From a virus (taxonomy: Duplodnaviria; Heunggongvirae; Uroviricota; Caudoviricetes), in the IMG/VR virus record IMGVR_UViG_3300030019_000007: 64,000 bases of DNA, one strand, 5' to 3'. Below the pieces are notes generated by a model. It saw only the letters and a list, made by a program, of their open reading frames with translations. It was not told the DNA's origin and made no database searches. The position numbers and the translations under genes were made by a program. Below are positions 59,301 to 64,000 of the stretch, piece after piece; within the stretch, counting starts at the first letter, position 1, and each line of letters opens with the position of its first letter.

Positions 59301-61686
59301 ATTGTACATTCAAATCTTGTACAGCTCTTGCTGCAGTTTCGACTGCAGAAACAGGATCAGATTCTTTAACTTCACTTGCTTTAGTGATCTTACTTTTGAT
59401 GTCTATTATATCGTTTATTATATTACCAAAATCCTCAAAGAGTGGAGAATTGGCTTTTAAATCAATTAACATATCAGTACGAGCATCTAATATTTTAGAA
59501 AGAGACATATCACTTACAGGGCCTTCTTGAAATATTTGATTTTGCATATTCTTCATCATACCAACAAGTAAATCTCCTGTAGCATCATTTTGAGATGTTC
59601 TTCCATCGCTCATAGGTAAAAATATAGATTGTTTACCTAAACCTTTAATATCTAAAGTCACAATATCTGTAGATAAACTTGTACTTCCTAATTGTCCTTT
59701 ATCTTTTCTTTTGAGAACTTCTTTAATATATCTTTCTCCTAAACCATTTCTAGCAATATAATATAATTCTTTTTTAGTGGGGTCGTCAAGACTTTCTTTT
59801 ACAGGATTCATTATCTGATCGTGTATTTTAAATACTGCCCCACCGATAGCACCTCCTAATAAACTCATTCCATATCTAGAAGATATTTGTCCTAAGTTTC
59901 CGAATTCAAAATCTTTATCTTTAGAAGAAGTTATACCTAAAGCAGACATACCATTATATATCCCTTTAATAGCATCTTGCATAACATCTTGTGCTCCCAT
60001 TTCTAAACCTTGAGCTATCATAGCACTAGGAATATCAGTTACGTTACCTTTAAAAGTGGTACTAATTTTAGTTCCAATACTTTTACCTAAAGTAAATAAT
60101 TTATTATATCGAGAAGTGGAAGCTTCTTTAGTAGCATCTGTACTACCTTTTTCAAAAATTGTAGAGAATTTTTCAGATTGCTGTTTAATTTGAGTTTCTA
60201 ATGCTTTACCTGCCTCATCTAATCCCATACCATTTAAAATCCAATGTCCTATAGGAAGAGCTGTCATCATACCAAAGAAACCTAAACTGGTTCCTAAAAA
60301 TAATGCTGCAGTATCTCTTTCATCCATTCCTCTTTCTTTAGCTACCTCAGTTATACTTGTGGCCATAGAAGCTGCTAAGTAACTAGTACCTAATCCATGA
60401 CCTAACTTAGTACTGGAAGCTATTTTACCCATAAGTTTTGCAGCTCCAGGAATAGTTCCCATAATCTCTGCTTGTTTTCCTACTGCTAAGGTTCCATCTA
60501 ACATTCCTTTAGCAGCATCTGCACCAAAAGAAGTTTCTATTGCTTTTAAAATTGGTTTACTCTCAGAACCAACTCCTAATAATTTTGGGATACTTGAGAT
60601 AAGTTTTTGAGAATACATTAAAGGAAACAAATCTCCTACCATAGCAGCCAATCCCTCAGGATTAATAGATTTAAGCTTTGCATTATCAGAGGTTCCATTA
60701 GAAGACATGGTTTTACCAAAACTTTGTACTTTATTTAAAGTTTTCCAGTAATCTTTATCAACATCATCATCCCCAACAAATAAAGCTGCTCCAGACTTAA
60801 TTAAAGTTGGAGCTAATTCAGTTAATTCTAGCCCTATTAAACCTGCAGCATACACTTGTCCTACATATGGGATGAAAAAAGGAATTGTCTTTACAAACGT
60901 TTTAGTAACTACTCCAGCAATAGATTTATCTATGCCATCAGAGTCCATGAAATCATACTTATTTGCCCATGAACCATCCTTGGTTAATGTATCCGCCCAA
61001 CTTAAAACTTCTTTGCCATGTGAGGGTCTATCTCCTAAAGTTTCATAGAAGAAATTACCATCACTATCAGTTTTATAATCTCCAGCATGATGTACTACTT
61101 TTCTTCCTTGTTGAGCATCATAATGTGTACCTTCCTTATCATATTGGCCAAGTACTAATGTAGGTTTTTTCCAAAAATTCCATAGACCTCTTGAATCATC
61201 ATCATCTGGACTCCAATTTAATGCTTTACCTGTTACTCCATCATACACACTATTCATCTGAGCCACTTCTCTAATTGAAAATTCTGGTTTTGAAGTCTCA
61301 TTAAAGTCAGAAATACCAGTTTTTTGATGAAATGGATTACTTACTTTATCAGTTTTATATAAATCAGTTTCAATTTTTGCATCTTTAGGTGCATATGAAT
61401 TGTAGGGATTATATTCAAAGTCATTTATTGCTTTTTTTGAATAATCATCTTTTGCAAACTCATTATATGAGTATAACAAAGCATTATAATATTGTCCATA
61501 TTTATCATCATTAAAAGTACCTGTTGTAGGATCTTTAAACATATCTTGGACTACAGGACTTGCTTTATAATAGTCTTTATCCTTAAGAGTTGTGTTTTCT
61601 GGATTTACATCATTTGCTTGAAAATCATCATGAGTAGCATCTGGAAGATTCATATTTGCTACTAACCAGTCATTAGTATTTGCCAT
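53317..61686 (-). CDS. giant putative virion cargo protein with N-terminal hydrophobic segments and a central SF1 helicase-like domain (2789 aa)
   Basis: DGVPGAGKTS, SAPH, IFIDEATH, LLGDTRQ, QGKEY, YTLTSRSR; Gly-rich hydrophobic stretches such as SLLGGAIGGAVF. Confidence 0.75.
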   Translation of the reverse strand: MANTNDWLVANMNLPDATHDDFQANDVNPENTTLKDKDYYKASPVVQDMFKDPTTGTFNDDKYGQYYNALLYSYNEFAKDDYSKKAINDFEYNPYNSYAPKDAKIETDLYKTDKVSNPFHQKTGISDFNETSKPEFSIREVAQMNSVYDGVTGKALNWSPDDDDSRGLWNFWKKPTLVLGQYDKEGTHYDAQQGRKVVHHAGDYKTDSDGNFFYETLGDRPSHGKEVLSWADTLTKDGSWANKYDFMDSDGIDKSIAGVVTKTFVKTIPFFIPYVGQVYAAGLIGLELTELAPTLIKSGAALFVGDDDVDKDYWKTLNKVQSFGKTMSSNGTSDNAKLKSINPEGLAAMVGDLFPLMYSQKLISSIPKLLGVGSESKPILKAIETSFGADAAKGMLDGTLAVGKQAEIMGTIPGAAKLMGKIASSTKLGHGLGTSYLAASMATSITEVAKERGMDERDTAALFLGTSLGFFGMMTALPIGHWILNGMGLDEAGKALETQIKQQSEKFSTIFEKGSTDATKEASTSRYNKLFTLGKSIGTKISTTFKGNVTDIPSAMIAQGLEMGAQDVMQDAIKGIYNGMSALGITSSKDKDFEFGNLGQISSRYGMSLLGGAIGGAVFKIHDQIMNPVKESLDDPTKKELYYIARNGLGERYIKEVLKRKDKGQLGSTSLSTDIVTLDIKGLGKQSIFLPMSDGRTSQNDATGDLLVGMMKNMQNQIFQEGPVSDMSLSKILDARTDMLIDLKANSPLFEDFGNIINDIIDIKSKITKASEVKESDPVSAVETAARAVQDLNVQLGQKKEELRLITSGEKFVDYQKFAIFGISPMINRSFAKLSLEDYAMSTKGTEYANLTEIQKQETSKEYNVWKDLEWKDKIKVAYKRFTQVNEKFSTVLRDLAVYADQREGHYSLINMERTFNPSIVIPGLPSPPPTFQDHGTLRTLSFLSKDTMDVLAQEKLFLNRNNYASQLLNVTAANEIGPRVAARDEIMNVIANPEYQRLDASVVKDMRNVMTSFTLKDVGLDREAYDLTKGPSSLDEDGNFQDGDTKLLGFGDGTLEQIANDTYASKISELDNLRKKYLEKAKTDSTDPAVDKQTINEYFDQLIASNEAQDVLQQLATFDNITKSKSIDTLNELLKKYAIIHDGKPSDILTLLTSEFDSIEKLEKMTDYEINKPDVHQNLEHAMDLLSQVVSVMNASTNYDYKTDGFNGYNNVINNSFKDSNLGTISQDQFTALGNEIGIIGQKIDFLLRLSKLNSEDKIKDARESGLNMEAMFYEQLTPNAPLFKLLDNVSIDGEKFFDSSITAAIANASVLQNIITSKRGTNKQALPSSPEDLLNFEIQRNTIQQTLYNRVQDLVDKNMKNGGKEYVFNKLFGIDANGVMSKDTQDIFSPIALSHPKLTDFSSTADTIQPLDTYIWLNTSFMVNPSEFINALRGNDLGGGHYDGIEAGKYAPFYSQEYSVKIAYGAIIDPTWMNMAISKIGNTEGAYLSKIIEPLTNTVAADGVPGAGKTSALGNALGKLLKARGLTFWASAPHLSQAEQLQDSLEGRATKVMDKATLLKAIVGDKKQSGIVDEIMATTTMDSKSAKNSKYISKIEDTYFIPTNDGKPAQTDIKGLEEGKGYKKFAFWKLNKVDTSLLNGDAERKNLPDVIFIDEATHLSNIELQLVKQTFDNMSNPPRLVLLGDTRQNGALINNEKHNLNLFHVWRTPKLGSSLRNSNNIKRKNLIGVVNLYNYIDELYRKVEVTSDYTYTNVIADLMKFTGTSGNEFKLASFTGEGGAIYGEKIIDQSELTSATLRKLASTAKGKIGFITDNLESRLAKEIANDPILSDKIEIKSIGEVQGKEYDNTVIDVNWEKFTTDPNFGISNLISNIYTLTSRSRSGTLISDNGLTKNKLFSVTHMIEKDVLPTELDPKLVQDYKDGRVTILNQLAASFPFDQPEPKATKAAQVANTSSPSVPEVSLLSNIFDELQNTRQIIDNRGGVVRSYESDPNKYVNNKIITYPFYNRWSASYDKQTKKWDLGEGNEDMGYLLSTVSDPSKYQDRFENILKNIKASLFYYKDMDMVEKLIGEIDSSLQFNKAQIVIRVSKYDSKFDRTHTANYDSTLENKNEPFFRMALEIPRVDQETNEDLSPVYFTLAPFSSLKRIKEHKEGSMLDTTFSKMTADLKSKVETGPVNLMIDKDNTFDALEVMTNAQLRYYKERMTFDDVKKDRETGLSSPTYLITGHAPIKDTDGDSAFVQWAKDRKLIGRTIYFSTFDPTIRDSSELKNMYISQMIENRRLMKEGVAISDLPVPRVKLVVLDESGVEPSQWISNLMEEVRKPKGTAKPIGLSSSPEMAARIYNSITNMVAITKNKIDEKTATATEKVLYRGGKEILTRIHEMFQADPLVIDTLKSAKYQEAKISEISRIITGLNSDPTAKVNGVGMRYNFKYNHTYRLLVALGVAIDGGMENGKYYAQLGEFAGPDLRKQFFDGFNDYLKVEYPHGIFTHAIYERNLGGKPDTTPITDYVEIAAGKFTTNVLPTMFDSILDLDHVVTSEQKNAKSIDSENLAKQTLKEHLIEAGKNVGKDDIHEFMTEGMESIENKSFKGMSDDEIVKEVTTMKDNMTSIATVLTPKEIIHTDTVNPEDITNAIESQSLIPEIKDSKIDEDSIVYNKNTKRFDFKAENSTFVVEGSYDPITKELNVVTKAPKFEPPTFEQMIELQTNLGESVTQLIQDNPRNAELQVLLTYIKGDRQALIDIAEGKQPNVNYENATDLLMLPKNAKTLEMLKDYLTTTDNKTCKS

Positions 61687-61702
61687 ATTTGTTTTATTAT
61701 TA

Positions 61703-63511
61703 TTATTTTATAAGTAGTTGGTCTATAGAGTTATTACCTGCTAGTCCACTTCTAACTTCAGTCGGGCCTTCATTAAATCCTAAACCTACTTGATTAAAAT
61801 GTTGAACACTATTATTGTACTCGCTAGTTTTAACTTTTAACTTATCTGAGTACATAGAAGCTTTCTTAGCTCCTTCAGTCATAGGTATATAGACTAATCC
61901 TTCTACCATATCTGAACGCCATGTAAGATCGTCATTTTTTACGTCTTCTTTACCATTTGCAGAGGTTTTTGTGTAAACTTTTTTATACCAATTTTTAAGA
62001 TCATCATCTGAGGAAACTACTACTTTATCTGTGGGATTTTTAACTACATTAGTAGTAGTTGTACCATGTACTATTACAAAAGGTCTAAGCATTGTTCCTG
62101 CAGGGTCTCCTTTAGGAGTTAAATCACTGATATTATTTTTCTCATAAATGCCTATCTTCACATCAAGTGGTATATTAGGTCCATAAGCAGCTATTGCTTT
62201 CTGTGCATTCACTATATCATTTTGTCTATCAAGATCCGGTTGTATATGACCATCTATTGTTTTAAAAGGCAATAATGCAGCAGCTACTTCTCCACCATCG
62301 TATACTAAAGAAGATAATTTTTCCTTTGGAATTCTAGTATCTCCCATGACCAAGTCATTCATATCTACTATTCCATTAAGAGCTTTTAAATCAGTAAATT
62401 TAGAGATACCAGCAAAATTTTCTCCCTCCATTAATCCCGGCATCATAGATGCTTTAACAGTGGCTCTTGCATTAGTTCCGGTATTTAAATGTAAGTCTTT
62501 CATTCTCCCATCAAAGTTTGCTATAGCGCCGTAATAACCTTCCTCACCTTTGTAATCTCCACTTCCAGTTTTTCCACCACTTTTACCAGGAGTTTCTCCC
62601 GATTTTTCTATAATTCTCTCAGATATACTAGGTTTAAGTAATGCCATAGCTAACCCCATTGCAGCACCTTCTATTTGCTCAGGTTTATATCCAGCATGAA
62701 TAGCTTTAACCCTCAATAGATCTTTTGAGGCTCCATCCAAATTAGCCCACATAGCATTACCGGCCATTTTAATATTCTCAGCATTGGATTGTTTAGATTC
62801 TCCCTCAGAAGTTTTAACATATGAGAGACCTTGATTTAATGCAGCATTTGCTCCATCTTCAATTTTCTGTTGTTCAAATGAAACATTAGATTGTCCTTTA
62901 CTAAAACTTCCTAAACCAGTTAATGATTTACGAACTCTTTCAACCACTTCATCTGTAGAAGTAGCACTTTTAAGAATTCCCACTAAATTATCATTAAATG
63001 CAAATCTTGGATCATTCTCTCTTAATTGTGCAATATCAGAATTAGTTAAAGCTTGATATTTATTTGGATCTGCAGAGTGTGCTTGGGCATATTGTCCTAA
63101 AGATAAATTTGAGAGATTTCCTTGCTCATCTCTTACTATTACTTTACCCTGACTAACAGCAGTTTCATCTAATGCTTTTTCTTTTTGAGTAAGAATTTTA
63201 TCAAAGTCTTGTTTATTTCTTTTAATAGCATTTAATTTTGCAGGATCTCCCTTTAAAGTTCTACGAATCATTTGTCCTTGATAAGAAGTTCTAAGATCTT
63301 CCGGGAGCATACTATATGCCTGATAAGCTTGATTAACTTGATCAGAGTATGACATAACATCATTTGTAATTCCTTCACCAATCATACCTTCTAATAGATC
63401 TTTCTCTAAAGGGGCTTCAGGTTGTTTTGGAGCTTGTTCTCTAGTAGGAAGCATAGGAAGGGGTTTATAAACAACCCCTCCTATTTGTAATTTCTGTATG
63501 TTAACTTTCAT
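61703..63511 (-). CDS. putative virion/cargo protein (602 aa)
   Basis: Starts MKVNIQKLQIGG; lies in the structural arm; function inferred from context. Confidence 0.6.
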   Translation of the reverse strand: MKVNIQKLQIGGVVYKPLPMLPTREQAPKQPEAPLEKDLLEGMIGEGITNDVMSYSDQVNQAYQAYSMLPEDLRTSYQGQMIRRTLKGDPAKLNAIKRNKQDFDKILTQKEKALDETAVSQGKVIVRDEQGNLSNLSLGQYAQAHSADPNKYQALTNSDIAQLRENDPRFAFNDNLVGILKSATSTDEVVERVRKSLTGLGSFSKGQSNVSFEQQKIEDGANAALNQGLSYVKTSEGESKQSNAENIKMAGNAMWANLDGASKDLLRVKAIHAGYKPEQIEGAAMGLAMALLKPSISERIIEKSGETPGKSGGKTGSGDYKGEEGYYGAIANFDGRMKDLHLNTGTNARATVKASMMPGLMEGENFAGISKFTDLKALNGIVDMNDLVMGDTRIPKEKLSSLVYDGGEVAAALLPFKTIDGHIQPDLDRQNDIVNAQKAIAAYGPNIPLDVKIGIYEKNNISDLTPKGDPAGTMLRPFVIVHGTTTTNVVKNPTDKVVVSSDDDLKNWYKKVYTKTSANGKEDVKNDDLTWRSDMVEGLVYIPMTEGAKKASMYSDKLKVKTSEYNNSVQHFNQVGLGFNEGPTEVRSGLAGNNSIDQLLIK

Positions 63512-64000
63512 TTATTTTAAAATTTTAGATATATAATCGGTAAGTTTTTTAGAGGCAATAATAGAAAATTTAGTAGCATTTTCATCTTGCTTATTTAACC
63601 ATTTATTTCCTATTTGACTATCATATACATTAGATTTACTTCTTGATTTATATAAGGCTAAATCTGCTTTATTTTGTTCTTTTTCTATAGATCCTCCTTC
63701 TTTTGAGAAAGCAATTTGTCTACTTCCTGCATCTAATTCATCTTGATATTTTTGTAAATCTGAACTTATTTCTGGAGTTATTCCACCTGGAGTAAGACGT
63801 GCTTGATAAGCTCTCCATGATAAGTTTGGATATTTCATATCTAAAGTACGTTGTAAATTTCTAGTTCTAAAGTCTTTATCCATAGCAGTTTTTCTATCCA
63901 AATCTGCTTTACTCTGCATAGTTTGGGAAGATAAGAAAGCATCCCAATTATTAGCAATTTGTGATTGTTTAGCATTTTCTCCTTGTCTTTGCCCTTGTAC
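63512..64000 (-). CDS. putative virion protein, 5'-truncated by the window edge
   Basis: The frame stays open upstream of the track ATG to position 64000 (VQGQRQGENAKQSQ...). Confidence 0.65.
   Translation of the reverse strand, partial: VQGQRQGENAKQSQIANNWDAFLSSQTMQSKADLDRKTAMDKDFRTRNLQRTLDMKYPNLSWRAYQARLTPGGITPEISSDLQKYQDELDAGSRQIAFSKEGGSIEKEQNKADLALYKSRSKSNVYDSQIGNKWLNKQDENATKFSIIASKKLTDYISKILK

Noticed and set aside
237-62534. Short antisense ORFs in the track (e.g. 237..608, 1662..1940, 8717..8911, 37150..37413, 48047..48340, 56501..56818, 62346..62534)
   Set aside because: They lie wholly opposite long real genes, have shadow-like composition and show no motifs
1-64000. Stop-codon reassignment (TAG to Gln or TGA to Trp), as in some Crassvirales
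   Set aside because: ORFs of 1400-3200 codons are open in the standard code, and TGA stops sit in ATGA overlaps
1-64000. tRNA genes, CRISPR arrays, integrase
   Set aside because: No cloverleaf, repeat-spacer pattern or recombinase motif found by eye; intergenic spaces are short. tRNAscan-SE would be needed to exclude tRNAs formally

Overview
AT-rich 64-kb segment of a crAss-like (Crassvirales-type) phage genome. The host is probably Bacteroidota: TAnnTTTG promoters are present and most starts lack an SD. The standard genetic code fits every long ORF. The + arm (1-34.8 kb) holds replication and nucleotide-metabolism genes: PolA, an SF2 helicase, DnaB, a Sak4-like ATPase, primase, rIIA/rIIB-like proteins, an exonuclease, class II RNR, dUTPase, ThyX, PncB, NadE, an ATP-dependent ligase, a Dda/RecD-like helicase and a GH73-like hydrolase. 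The - arm (34.9-64 kb) holds giant putative virion cargo proteins, including the virion RNA polymerase. A bidirectional terminator separates the arms. Three group I introns with GIY-YIG endonucleases split polA and both non-DnaB helicases at catalytic motifs; splice sites were reconstructed by hand from P1/P10/P7 pairings. The two most interesting candidates are (i) a head-to-tail pattern of terminal cysteines across the four giant cargo proteins, suggesting a disulfide-linked ejection chain, and (ii) a pncB-nadE module that could be a deamidated NAD+ reconstitution (anti-defence) route distinct from NARP1/NARP2. All calls come from motif reading by eye; no database searches were run.
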